From contig OY760937.1 in assembly GCA_963664225.1 (NCBI GenBank), positions 576,001-640,000 of the forward strand: a stretch of DNA of 64,000 nt, read 5' to 3'. The notes below the pieces were generated by a model, which did not search any database, was not told the origin of the DNA, and was given only the letters and a program-made list of their open reading frames with translations. This DNA comes from Verrucomicrobiia bacterium (lineage in GTDB: Bacteria; Verrucomicrobiota; Verrucomicrobiia; Limisphaerales; UBA1319). How positions within the stretch are numbered: position 1 is the first letter of the stretch; each line of letters opens with the position of its first letter. Below, piece after piece: positions 1-10,756 of the stretch. The translations under genes and the position numbers were made by a program.

Positions 1-788
1 AGCCGAGTGCGATTGCCGCCGTTTGCAGCCGGTCTTACCGCGATGCCCTGCAACGCATTGCCCGTTATAAGCAACTGACCTGCCCGGAAGAAATCCGGGT
101 GCATACCACCGGCGATGAAGCGTCTGTGGAATTCTTCTACCTCCAGGCCGAAGAAGTTCAACCCGACGTGTTGGTGGACTTGTGCCTGTCATGGATCTTG
201 TCCATCGGGCGGCGGGGCACCGATGGCCAGGTCACGCCTCTACGTCTGGAACTCACCCGTCCCGTTCAGCATCGCGAATTGTTGGAATCTCACTTCGGTT
301 GCCGGGTGCGGTTCAAGGACACGCACAACGCGCTTGTTTTTCGCAGCAGGGATCTCGACCGGCCATTTGTGACCCACAATGAAGAGTTGCTCAAGGCGAT
401 TGGCGCTCAGTTGGAAACTGAACTTCAAGCGCGTCATGCCAGTGCGGATGTGGGGGAACAGGTCAGGCACACGCTTAAGCGCTCCCTGGCGGGGAAACGC
501 CCAACTCTCCAGCATGTCGCACAAGAATTGCACCTCAGCGTGCGCACACTGCAGCGTCGGCTCACCGATGCCAACATCACGTTCCAACAACTGGTGGAGG
601 ACACGCGGCGCGAACTGGCGCGCCACTACCTTAAACACAGCACCGTTGAATTGAACGAGGCCGCCTTCTTGCTCGGCTACGAGGATGCCAACTCCTTCTT
701 TCGCGCCTTTCACGTTTGGGAAGGCACGTCACCGGGGGAGTGGCGCACGCGCAATCGCATGGGCGAGATCGCAATGTTGAGGAACTAA
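1..788 (+). CDS. AraC-family transcriptional regulator (5'-truncated by window edge)
   Basis: Frame is open from position 3. C-terminal double HTH (LHLSVRTLQRRL...LGYEDANSFFRAFHVWEGTSPGEWR). Confidence 0.9.
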   Translation, partial: PSAIAAVCSRSYRDALQRIARYKQLTCPEEIRVHTTGDEASVEFFYLQAEEVQPDVLVDLCLSWILSIGRRGTDGQVTPLRLELTRPVQHRELLESHFGCRVRFKDTHNALVFRSRDLDRPFVTHNEELLKAIGAQLETELQARHASADVGEQVRHTLKRSLAGKRPTLQHVAQELHLSVRTLQRRLTDANITFQQLVEDTRRELARHYLKHSTVELNEAAFLLGYEDANSFFRAFHVWEGTSPGEWRTRNRMGEIAMLRN

Positions 789-836
789 ATTCTCAAGTAA
801 GCCTGCCATAATAAAAGTAGTAAATGAGTTTAGAAA

Positions 837-1232
837 ATGGACATCAAAAGAAGTGGTTCACAACCTTCCGGCAGAGGACCAACCGAGTATTTTACCGGCA
901 CCGTGCGTGTCGATCCCCTGATTGAGGCAGACGCCCCGGCACGCATATTCGCCGCCAGCGTCACTTTTGAGCCCGGTGCGCGAACGGCATGGCACACGCA
1001 TCCACTGGGCCAGACCCTCATCGTGACAGCTGGCTGTGGCCGTGTGCAGCGCTGGGGCGGTCCGATCGAGGAAATTCGGCCGGGTGACGTCGTCTGGTTC
1101 CCGCCGGGTGAGAAACATTGGCACGGCGCCGCGCCGACCACGGCGATGACCCACATTTCCATTGTGGAGCATCTCGACGGCAAGTCCGCCGATTGGATGG
1201 AAAAGGTCACTGACGAACAGTATGGCAAGTGA
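837..1232 (+). CDS. Cupin domain protein
   Basis: [20 protein letters not shown] and PGEKHWHGA cupin motifs. Confidence 0.9.
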   Translation: MDIKRSGSQPSGRGPTEYFTGTVRVDPLIEADAPARIFAASVTFEPGARTAWHTHPLGQTLIVTAGCGRVQRWGGPIEEIRPGDVVWFPPGEKHWHGAAPTTAMTHISIVEHLDGKSADWMEKVTDEQYGK

Positions 1233-1285
1233 TTCGAAGCCTTATTGAACAACAAAAGCAACTAATATCTGAATTACTGCCGTGA

Positions 1286-2302
<1,017 letters not shown>

Positions 2303-2349
2303 GCGTCGACCCGTTCAGGGCTTGCAGCAACTTAACCCAAAACAGGATG

Positions 2350-4311
2350 TTACGGTGAGACGGTCCTGTAAAACCGGGAACTGCCGCCGGACGCCAGGGG
2401 AGCTGTAAAAGTCACGGTGTTTCCAGTTGCATTGGTTGTGCTGCCTGGAACCACTGACCAGGAAGGGTCCGTCAGAATTCCCGTGGACTCGACATGATAA
2501 GTGGACCCCGGCGTTGCAGCGTACGTAACAGTCATGATGGTTCCGCCGGGAATGAGGATATTCAGGATGCCTTGCGCCCGTGGCGCCACAACATTAAAGA
2601 CGAATCTGGCGGAGTCGTCCTTATACTCTGCCACCGTGCAATCGCTTGCGGTGAGGCTGCCGCCAGCATCGTAGCGAGCCCACATTCCATGCGCTCTGCT
2701 GGTTCCAAGGCCGTAATTTGTGATGGTCACATTGGACATGATCGCGTTGGAGAGCGCGCCCGCGCCATAGATGACGCTTAGTCCGTGCACAATGCTATTG
2801 GTTATACTCAGATCGTTTAGATTGAGACCTGAAAGGCCTCTGTTTTGGAGGCAGATTTGGAGGGCTCCATAAGAATCAGCCGACGTCCCGCCGGTGCGAT
2901 TGAGATCACAACGCCGGACAATGGTGGTGCCCGAAAAATTCGTCGAGACAGGAAACGTCGTGCTTAGAAGAACGCCGCACTGGTAGGGAATGTCCTGAAA
3001 CAGGCAATCTTCGATGCGGTTTCCATCACCGCCGTATATGGCGCCACCGTTGGCCAGAAATGGCATCTGCCCGGTGCAATGGGTGATGACGTTCAGGCCT
3101 GGGGCATGGATTGGGTTGGCGTAGGCCGCAGGCCAGATTGCAAAGCAATCGTCGCCCGTGCCCCGCGCCGCGCAGTTGGTCACGATGGTGCTCCGCATTC
3201 CGACACACAGGTTGATCCCGTCGGCAAGCGTGTTTCGAAACCGGCACCCATCCACCACCAGACCCAGTGAATTCTGTATCCACGCCGCCGCCTTGGTATG
3301 TTCCACCCAGACGCGTGAGATGCTTGAACCTGTGCCATATGAACCGCCCAGACCATCGTTGCCTTCGGTGTCGTTTCGGTAGTTCAAGAAACCCAAAATG
3401 GCGAAATCGGAGAGGTGGATGCTGCTTCCATTTCCGTTCAGGTTGATCCGCCGGGAAGGCGTGGTGTTATACAGGACATCGCTGCCAACGAGTTTGGTGT
3501 GCCACATGCCGGCACCCTGGAGCGTTGTGTGGGAAGGAAGATTGATGCTGCCGGTTATGAGATAGGTTCCTGCCGGCATCCAGACGGACTTCCCCTGAGC
3601 TTGGGCTGCGGCGACGCAATTCCGAAGCGCGGCGGTACAATCGGTGACTCCGTCGGCCACGGCCCCATAGTCAAGGATCGATAGTGAATTTGACGGAGCG
3701 ACGGGAGGGGCGGGTACATTTTCCAAATCCACCAAATCGATTTCGTAATAGGATGCCATGTCTGAAGAATCCTTCTGCAGCTTGATTATGTCTCCGGCGC
3801 TGATGGAAAGTCCATTGGTGCGGACTTCATCGAAAAAGTTCCTCGGTGACCCGGCGCTGGGATTGTTCGTGAATGGGTAGGCACCGTAGAGCCAGGAAAA
3901 CCGGGAGGTCACGGGTAAACGACCGGCCAGGATTCCGTTTATATAGAGGCCAAGCGTATAATCAGCTCCCAACCCGTTCGCAGTATCCGGCACGCTGTAT
4001 CGCACGACGATGGCGGTGGCATCGGACAGGGCGGTGAACTGCAAATATTGCCCGGTGCCGCCAAGCCGGACGCATTTTCGCCCTGAAGATTCCGTGGTGA
4101 CGAGAAAAGGGGCATAACTCGGCCCAAAGACCGTGCCACCATGAATGGTCATGCTCTCCGCTTCGTAGCTGGTCCAAGGCACAGAGGCGCCACGAATTGT
4201 CGCCAGGGGTGCCAGAGCGGTCTGGCCCAAACTGGCAGAGGTGAATGGGAGGAGGGCTGCCAGAACGGCCAAGCCGATGGTCGTTAACTGACCTGGCAGA
4301 TGTTTGATCAT
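2350..4311 (-). CDS. Secreted GH87-like (mycodextranase/alpha-1,3-glucanase-like) beta-helix glycoside hydrolase with C-terminal RFYR domain
   Basis: Signal-like N-terminus; GASVPWTSYEAE, DYGAVADG, GAGMWHT, RNTLADGINL and GTGDDCFAIW motifs. Start uncertain (ORF opens at 4371). Confidence 0.75.
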   Translation of the reverse strand: MIKHLPGQLTTIGLAVLAALLPFTSASLGQTALAPLATIRGASVPWTSYEAESMTIHGGTVFGPSYAPFLVTTESSGRKCVRLGGTGQYLQFTALSDATAIVVRYSVPDTANGLGADYTLGLYINGILAGRLPVTSRFSWLYGAYPFTNNPSAGSPRNFFDEVRTNGLSISAGDIIKLQKDSSDMASYYEIDLVDLENVPAPPVAPSNSLSILDYGAVADGVTDCTAALRNCVAAAQAQGKSVWMPAGTYLITGSINLPSHTTLQGAGMWHTKLVGSDVLYNTTPSRRINLNGNGSSIHLSDFAILGFLNYRNDTEGNDGLGGSYGTGSSISRVWVEHTKAAAWIQNSLGLVVDGCRFRNTLADGINLCVGMRSTIVTNCAARGTGDDCFAIWPAAYANPIHAPGLNVITHCTGQMPFLANGGAIYGGDGNRIEDCLFQDIPYQCGVLLSTTFPVSTNFSGTTIVRRCDLNRTGGTSADSYGALQICLQNRGLSGLNLNDLSITNSIVHGLSVIYGAGALSNAIMSNVTITNYGLGTSRAHGMWARYDAGGSLTASDCTVAEYKDDSARFVFNVVAPRAQGILNILIPGGTIMTVTYAATPGSTYHVESTGILTDPSWSVVPGSTTNATGNTVTFTAPLASGGSSRFYRTVSP

Positions 4312-4391
4312 CGGCTTGCTGATAGGCGTCGCATTAGCAGTCGTTTGGCGATATCGGGGCATTAAAGTCAATCAGGGCAGGGTGAATAACA

Positions 4392-4431
4392 CATCCGCCG
4401 AACCCGGAATACTTCGCAGGCTCGGCGGATG
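4392..4431. terminator. Intergenic stem-loop (terminator or mRNA-stabilising hairpin)
   Basis: catccgccga...tcggcggatg 10-bp inverted repeat between two minus-strand genes; weak U tail. Confidence 0.45.
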
Positions 4432-4470
4432 CACTCTTCGCGGACAATCGTCAATGTGGACGCCCCGTCA

Positions 4471-6819
4471 TTACTGAATCGACAACCTGTAGAAGCGTTG
4501 TTTTGACTCTGTTGGATCCGGCACGGTGATAGTGTTGCCAGTTCCACTGTTGGTGCTGAAGTTTAGCCAGGTGCTGTCCATCAAATTGGTTTTGTATTGG
4601 ACAGTGTAATCATGATTGATGACGGTCGGGAACCCCAGGTTTATGTTGCTGGAGGTGGACGTCGCAGAAATGGGCGAATAGACTGTGACTTCACAGACGC
4701 CCTGCGTGATTGGATTCGTGGCGGAGTTGGCGGGACCCCACACAGCGAACCCGTATTGGACGTAGCTTTTACCGGTGGTGGCAGTCGAGGGGACCGTCAG
4801 GATGAACGGTTTTCCCGCCTCCAGATTGGTGTCATAGCGATATTCGACACTCCAATCCTGGCTCACCTTAATCCAGGCTGTTGCCGTATATTTCGGGTCG
4901 AGGCTGTTGCTGGGGCAATAGCCTGCAAATACGAGCGTATCCCCCGCCAGGGAATTATTCACCACGTAGAAGTCCTGCTCCATAAAGGCAGCCGAAGTCC
5001 CGTCGGGATTGATGTAATTGGCATCCATGGAATTTGTAGCGCCGTCGAACACGTAGGTGTTGGGCTTCAAAGTGATCACGTCATTGTTCGTGTTCATGCT
5101 GGCACGCAACAATGAGGTTGGAGAGACACCGAAGCCAAAGCTGGCTTTGTCCTTGGTGCCTTCATCCCCACTTGAGGGGCGGGCGGTGAGGATATTCGTG
5201 CCGTTCCAAACGTTGATGTAGCCATTGAACGGATTGAAGGCCCGATCGAAATAGAGCCAGGCCGGGTTGTAAACAAAGACGGGAACGCTATTCGACGCAC
5301 TGAGGCCATCAGAACCCTGAACGGTCAGCCAATAGATTCCTTGCGCTGAACCCTGCACGTTATTCAAAGTAAGCGCATTGGTGGTGGCCCCCGAGATTCC
5401 AGGACCATTCGTCAGGATAACTCCGTTTTTGCTCCATTGATACGTCAAACCTTCACCGGTTGTCTTGGCCGCTAATGTGATATTGGCGCCAAGTTTCACT
5501 TGCGCAGGGCTGGGATTGATCGACACCACTGCAGTAACGGTGCTAATCAATTGGTTGCCAACCAGGACAGACCCCAAATTGCCCACATAGCTCGCCGCGG
5601 CGGGGTTGGTGCGTCCGGGAGCGCCCACCCATTCAAATCCATATTGGACGTGACTGCCATCGCCCCCGATATCCTTGGTGACAGAGAACACCTCGCCATT
5701 GGTCAGGGTGTTCAGATTCACGGTGGCCATGCCGTGATAACCCCAATTGCTGTCGAAGTCTTTAATGAAGGCGACGATCGTGCTGGCGTAAGGCTCGACC
5801 AGGGAATTTGTCAGCATCTGCCCGGAGAAGATCACTGTATCGCCATTGACGGCGATTGCCGCAGTGTCAACGTAATAAGTGCTGTCGGCTGTGAACCCGG
5901 GAACAGCATCGCTCAGGCCGGTGTCATCCTGCCATATTGAGGTATCCGTGTGGGCGAGTTTGTCCGCCCGGAGATCTGGCGCGCAGCGCACCACATCCTC
6001 TGGAGAGGTGGTTCCTTGAATATCGCCCGCCGCAACGTCGAGATAGCCCGTGGCGTATGGAACCGTCATGGAAGCGGTCTGGTAACCCACCCAGTGCTGA
6101 TTATGGTCAATCGAAACATTGACGGATTTCGATGCCGGAGTCGTGACAGTCCCGTTGGTGGCAATCATGGCAAATCCCAAATTCGTAACGGTGGTGGCAC
6201 GCTCCGGCGGCCCCGCCCATTCAAGGCCCCATTGGATGTGGTTGCCATCAGTGGCGACTGCACCCGAGCGAACGAGGAACGTCTGGCCGTTGGTCAGGGT
6301 GTTGAGATTCACAGAGGACATGCCTATGAATCCCCAACCGGCGTCATATTCCTTGATGAAGGCCAAAGCCGTTTCCATGTAAGGTGCTGCCAGGGTGTTG
6401 GTAACGAGCGTTCCCGAAAAAATGACGGTATCTCCGGCGGCGAACGAGGTGCTTTCACTGTAGAAATCGCTGATGATTTTGCCAATACCGGCGCTTGTTC
6501 CAGATTCATCCGCCCAGATAAGGGGATCCGTGGGGAATAGCTGGTCCGCCCTGATGGACGGCGCAATGGTCACATTGCCCGAGCCGTCGATGCTCGACTG
6601 ATTGAGAAAGGAAGTGTTCACTCCCAGCCAATCGGACTTATAGGCAGGCCATACAGTGTTAACCAGGCCGTTCGTATAGATGTTCTCGTAGCCGTTCCAC
6701 TGCAGGGACGGATCTGCGGTCACATTTTGAGTGGTTGCCTTGGCGTCAAGTGAACCTAGCAGGGCAGCCGAAGCCGCCAGACAGAGCGCTGACAGGTGCG
6801 TTATGAGATTGTTTTTCAT
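4471..6819 (-). CDS. Secreted protein with three copies of an uncharacterised ~190 aa domain, one Ig-like domain and a C-terminal RFYR domain
   Basis: Signal peptide; repeated GDTVIFSG/GDTVIFSG/GDTLVFAG blocks; Ig motif LTYQWSKNG...GIYWLTV; ends QRFYRLSIQ. Confidence 0.8.
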   Translation of the reverse strand: MKNNLITHLSALCLAASAALLGSLDAKATTQNVTADPSLQWNGYENIYTNGLVNTVWPAYKSDWLGVNTSFLNQSSIDGSGNVTIAPSIRADQLFPTDPLIWADESGTSAGIGKIISDFYSESTSFAAGDTVIFSGTLVTNTLAAPYMETALAFIKEYDAGWGFIGMSSVNLNTLTNGQTFLVRSGAVATDGNHIQWGLEWAGPPERATTVTNLGFAMIATNGTVTTPASKSVNVSIDHNQHWVGYQTASMTVPYATGYLDVAAGDIQGTTSPEDVVRCAPDLRADKLAHTDTSIWQDDTGLSDAVPGFTADSTYYVDTAAIAVNGDTVIFSGQMLTNSLVEPYASTIVAFIKDFDSNWGYHGMATVNLNTLTNGEVFSVTKDIGGDGSHVQYGFEWVGAPGRTNPAAASYVGNLGSVLVGNQLISTVTAVVSINPSPAQVKLGANITLAAKTTGEGLTYQWSKNGVILTNGPGISGATTNALTLNNVQGSAQGIYWLTVQGSDGLSASNSVPVFVYNPAWLYFDRAFNPFNGYINVWNGTNILTARPSSGDEGTKDKASFGFGVSPTSLLRASMNTNNDVITLKPNTYVFDGATNSMDANYINPDGTSAAFMEQDFYVVNNSLAGDTLVFAGYCPSNSLDPKYTATAWIKVSQDWSVEYRYDTNLEAGKPFILTVPSTATTGKSYVQYGFAVWGPANSATNPITQGVCEVTVYSPISATSTSSNINLGFPTVINHDYTVQYKTNLMDSTWLNFSTNSGTGNTITVPDPTESKQRFYRLSIQ

Positions 6820-6921
6820 AAAGTTCAGGCGGTCATTCAACATGATAGGGGTGATTCGAGGATTACAGTCTCATATTCCGTGGTTTAACTCAACTTAAAA
6901 ATGGCCTGGGTGACGTGGCGG

Positions 6922-9174
6922 CTATTTAAATGAACCCAACCGGGCAAGGTTTTGTCGTGCCCGGATGTTGCCGGGTTCAAGCCGGAGGACAGCTTCAAAT
7001 TCCCGTCTCGCCTCATCCCGATGGTTTTGCCTCAAAAGCCAGGCGCCATAGTCAAATCGCATTGCGACACCGACCGGATTCAGCCGCGCCGCTTCGCCCA
7101 ATTCTCTTCCTGCCGCGTCCACTTCGCCAGCCGCAGCCAGTTCAAGACCCAACTCATGATGCGAAAGACCGTCCTCTGGCTTCAACTGGATGGATGTGCG
7201 ATAGCTGGCCACAGCTTCAACGTGTCGGTTCATATGCGCCAGGACCTTGCCACGGCGCAGGAAAGTCTGCGCGTTCTGCGGATCCAGTTTGAGGGCAGTT
7301 TCATAACAGTCCAGTGCCTCTGGATATTTCTGCTGCATGGCCAGGGCGTTGCCCAGTTCGATCCACGCGTCGGCGCGGCCCGGACGTATGGCCAGGGCAA
7401 TTCGGAGCAAACCCTCGGCATCGGTGTAACGCTGGCTCGGGATGAGTAACCGGCCGGCCTGAAAGTAGCCGAGGGAATCCTGCGGCAGCAACTCCCGGAA
7501 TCGCTGCCATTCCGTTGTCGCTGACGAAACGTCGCCAACAAGTTCAAGGACCACTGCAAAATTCTCGTGAAGAAAATAATCCTCCTGCCTCTGCTCCAGC
7601 AGCTTTAAAAATTTCTTTCGTTCAACTGCAGCATTATCCGCATTCATATTCAACCGGGCCATACGCGCCTCCAGAGCCTTCAGGCGGCCCTCGTTATTGG
7701 CCTGGCTGCTGAGCGGAGGCAAATGCATCCGTTCGATGATAAAATGAATGGCCTGCGCGCGATTCCAGTCCGACAACCCCAACCTTTGCTCGCAGATTGT
7801 CTGAGAAACCCACGCGTTGGTATTGCGCGGGAGCAGCGGCTCGATTTGTTCCGCCCAGGCGCGTCCCAACAGATAACGCCCGTCAAAATCAAAATGAACA
7901 TGTTCAAAGAACACTTCCTGACCGCAAATACCGGATCCATTGGCGGCGGCAAGTGTGGCGGGCGCATCGCATAAAAACAAGCGCTCATCATTAACCTTCT
8001 CCCTTTCGGCCAGGATCGCCGCGTTGATCCGTGCGTCCGCACGGAAGGGTAAGGAGTCGTAGTCGCACGCGAGTTGGAAATGTTCCCGCGCTCCTGTCAG
8101 ATTGGTCTTTGTCAATAAACATTCGCCCCAACGAAATTGCAGGTTGGCCTGCTTGGCATCCAATCGGGCCGCCCGTTCGACCAATCCAATTGCATCGGTG
8201 AATTGTCCCCGGTCAGCGGCTTGCATTGCGTTTGTGTAAAACTGGTCAAACTGCGTGCGATCCGCCTGCGAAATTCCGCTCCCAGCCATTGAAGCAAAGG
8301 GCGGACAATCCTTGAGATTCACTGCTACGGTGTTGAGCAGTACTTTTGCGCCGGAATGAATTCCGGCATGCACGATGTCATCCAGGTTCTTTTCAAAATT
8401 GCGGTAAACAGTTTCCTTGAGGGGGCTGTCCGGGGCGATCCGGTTGCGCAAGAACATTCCCATTCCACCCCAGACGCTGGGTTGTTCTCCCTGGCTTCCA
8501 GATTTGCGCGCCACCTCCTTGAGCCACTGAACGGTACGCAGTCGCTGCATCGCCGTGACCAGACGCACATAAGGCCATGATGGCGCCTGCCTTCCGAAAA
8601 CCGACGCCGCTCCAAACGGACCCACCATTTCGTTGTTGCCCATGTAGATAATCCACAAATCGCCTTCATGCTCGGCACACTCACGTGCGATCGGGAGAAT
8701 GACATTCGAGTTGATGGCCGTGAAAGCCACATTGATCACCTCGAACTTCCCATTCGGATACTTCGCCTGCAGCATCATTTCAAGATAGCGGGATGGCGCA
8801 AAACTCGGAGCGGGATCCCCCATCGCGGCGGATTCGCCAAGGATAAAGATGCGGAACGTGCCGGGGGCCTTGCGAGCGGGAAAGCGGAGAGGTCCCGGAT
8901 TGCGCACGAGTGCCTTTGGGAAAAATCGGCGGCTAAAATCCTCGTTCTGGACAAAAAAATCCTCGTTGCCGATTTTGATGCGTTTGAAAAAGTGCGGGTC
9001 ATACCCATAACCCCAAAGTTGCAATGAAAACTCCAAAATGCCGAGTAGGAGAAAGGGCAGCAGGAGGGATGCGATACGGAAAATCCAAAGTCGGCGGGCA
9101 AGCGGCTTTGCTGAAGAGCGGCGGCCTGCCTGGGGCAAATTATTCTTTTTGTTCCCGGCACTCAACGGCCGCAA
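6922..9174 (-). CDS. Membrane-anchored SGNH/GDSL-like hydrolase with C-terminal TPR repeats
   Basis: N-terminal TM helix; FILGESAAMG, YMGNNE and EHVH blocks; TPR motifs (AWIELGNALA...ALKLDPQN). Start uncertain. Confidence 0.75.
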   Translation of the reverse strand: MRPLSAGNKKNNLPQAGRRSSAKPLARRLWIFRIASLLLPFLLLGILEFSLQLWGYGYDPHFFKRIKIGNEDFFVQNEDFSRRFFPKALVRNPGPLRFPARKAPGTFRIFILGESAAMGDPAPSFAPSRYLEMMLQAKYPNGKFEVINVAFTAINSNVILPIARECAEHEGDLWIIYMGNNEMVGPFGAASVFGRQAPSWPYVRLVTAMQRLRTVQWLKEVARKSGSQGEQPSVWGGMGMFLRNRIAPDSPLKETVYRNFEKNLDDIVHAGIHSGAKVLLNTVAVNLKDCPPFASMAGSGISQADRTQFDQFYTNAMQAADRGQFTDAIGLVERAARLDAKQANLQFRWGECLLTKTNLTGAREHFQLACDYDSLPFRADARINAAILAEREKVNDERLFLCDAPATLAAANGSGICGQEVFFEHVHFDFDGRYLLGRAWAEQIEPLLPRNTNAWVSQTICEQRLGLSDWNRAQAIHFIIERMHLPPLSSQANNEGRLKALEARMARLNMNADNAAVERKKFLKLLEQRQEDYFLHENFAVVLELVGDVSSATTEWQRFRELLPQDSLGYFQAGRLLIPSQRYTDAEGLLRIALAIRPGRADAWIELGNALAMQQKYPEALDCYETALKLDPQNAQTFLRRGKVLAHMNRHVEAVASYRTSIQLKPEDGLSHHELGLELAAAGEVDAAGRELGEAARLNPVGVAMRFDYGAWLLRQNHRDEARREFEAVLRLEPGNIRARQNLARLGSFK

Positions 9175-9323
9175 TTAAGGCATTGCCGCGAGGGGATTGC
9201 AAGAGGGGCCTGCAGGCCTGTTTGTTTTTCTTCCTGCAAACAGGCATCCAGATTTGTCAGTCGGCGCCGTGCATCAGTTGTGCCTGCGTCGTTATTCAGC
9301 AAGCAGGGTTGTTCGGATAAGGT

Positions 9324-10619
9324 TCACGCCAGATCGAACCATTCCTTTTGGAAAGTGATGGGGACCCCGCTGATAATGGCCTCGTTGGTTTTAATGGCCA
9401 CGACGGTAGCTTCATAACCTTCTACCACGCCTGCAGAGGGCGCCTTGGCGGTGTTGATGTTCGCAATGAATTCCTTCAATGCATAGAAAAGGGGAGTGTC
9501 GCTTTGGGCTGCGGCCTCGGAAGGGTCCTTTCCTTGAGCGAGTAATTTGGTGGAATTGGCCACCAGCGCGATGGCTGAATCCTTCCCGGGATTGAATTGC
9601 TCCTTGCGGGCGTGCACTTCCCATCCCATGAGCGGGGCATCGGATTCCTTGATGATCCAGGCCCTGCTCTCGCGGATCACGATTGCGCAGTCCGTGCCTG
9701 AATGCACCTCGTAACTGGCCTCGAAGGAATTGGCCAGCGTTGCGTCATAGATCAGGCGCGCGCCGCCTGGAAATTCCAGAACCGCTTGAACCGTGTCCGG
9801 AACATCCCGGCCATCGTTCCAGGCAATGAGCGATCCAAAACCGGTCACGGAGACCGGACGTTGCTTGGCGAACCACATCGCAGAATCCAAGTGGTGAATG
9901 CCAATTTCCCCAGCCAATCCAATGGAGGTCGCTTTTTGCAAATGCCAGTTGGCCAGTTTTTCCTGATCGGCATCGGGTGCGGTGCGGCGCCAGCTTTGGC
10001 GTTTATGAAACTGGGCTCGTGCACAGGCGTTTTTGCCCAGGATACCGGTTCGGACAAATTGCAGCACATGGCTGTGGATTGGATTGGTGCGCAGCAAAAG
10101 GCCGGACTGGAAGATTTGTTTGCCGGCTGCTTTGGCCGCTTTGGCGATGGTGGCGGCATCCTCGATGGTGGTGGCCAGCGGGGCCTCGCAATAGACATGC
10201 TTGCCCGCTTGCAGGGCGGCGACGGCGATCTCCCGGTGCAGATGGGTTGGAGTGGCAATGAACACGGCCTGGACCGCTTTATTTTCGAGGATCTTCTTGA
10301 ATTCAGCGCTTTTCTCTGCCTTGTCGGCGGTGTTGCCAGCGCGGTTCAAATTCCGTTCATAGGTGTCGCACAAGGCGAGGATGGGGGCGTTCGGCAGGCG
10401 GCTCAGGGTGCGCACAATATCCCGACCCCACGTGCCGCATCCGATCACCGCACAGTTCACGGGTGGCCCCGCTTTTTCATCGTCATCTTCCGCCGTGGTT
10501 TTGGCGGCTGTTTCCGCACGCAGTTCGACCGCGCCCATCATCATCATGAACGTGGCCATGGAACCGCCACGCAAAAATTCGCGACGATTCAATTCATTAA
10601 GGTTTTCTTTATCACTCAT
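9324..10619 (-). CDS. Tat-exported Gfo/Idh/MocA oxidoreductase (atypical CEAP motif)
   Basis: NRREFL Tat motif; VIGCGTWG; IATPTHLH; HVYCEAPLA. Confidence 0.88.
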   Translation of the reverse strand: MSDKENLNELNRREFLRGGSMATFMMMMGAVELRAETAAKTTAEDDDEKAGPPVNCAVIGCGTWGRDIVRTLSRLPNAPILALCDTYERNLNRAGNTADKAEKSAEFKKILENKAVQAVFIATPTHLHREIAVAALQAGKHVYCEAPLATTIEDAATIAKAAKAAGKQIFQSGLLLRTNPIHSHVLQFVRTGILGKNACARAQFHKRQSWRRTAPDADQEKLANWHLQKATSIGLAGEIGIHHLDSAMWFAKQRPVSVTGFGSLIAWNDGRDVPDTVQAVLEFPGGARLIYDATLANSFEASYEVHSGTDCAIVIRESRAWIIKESDAPLMGWEVHARKEQFNPGKDSAIALVANSTKLLAQGKDPSEAAAQSDTPLFYALKEFIANINTAKAPSAGVVEGYEATVVAIKTNEAIISGVPITFQKEWFDLA

Positions 10620-10682
10620 GGGTCAGAAATTGGATAAGGCTGGAGAATAACAAAAAAATGGCGGGCGGCAATGGCGCTTCGC

Positions 10683-10724
10683 AAAAAAACGGCGGAGAAG
10701 CCCATGGTCAATGGCTCCTCCGCC
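10683..10724 (-). terminator. Rho-independent terminator
   Basis: ggcggag...ctccgcc stem with a 7-U tail on the minus strand after the ThuA-DUF1080 gene. Confidence 0.65.
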
Positions 10725-10756
10725 ACATGTTCAAATCAAATGCCGTTTGAGTCTGA

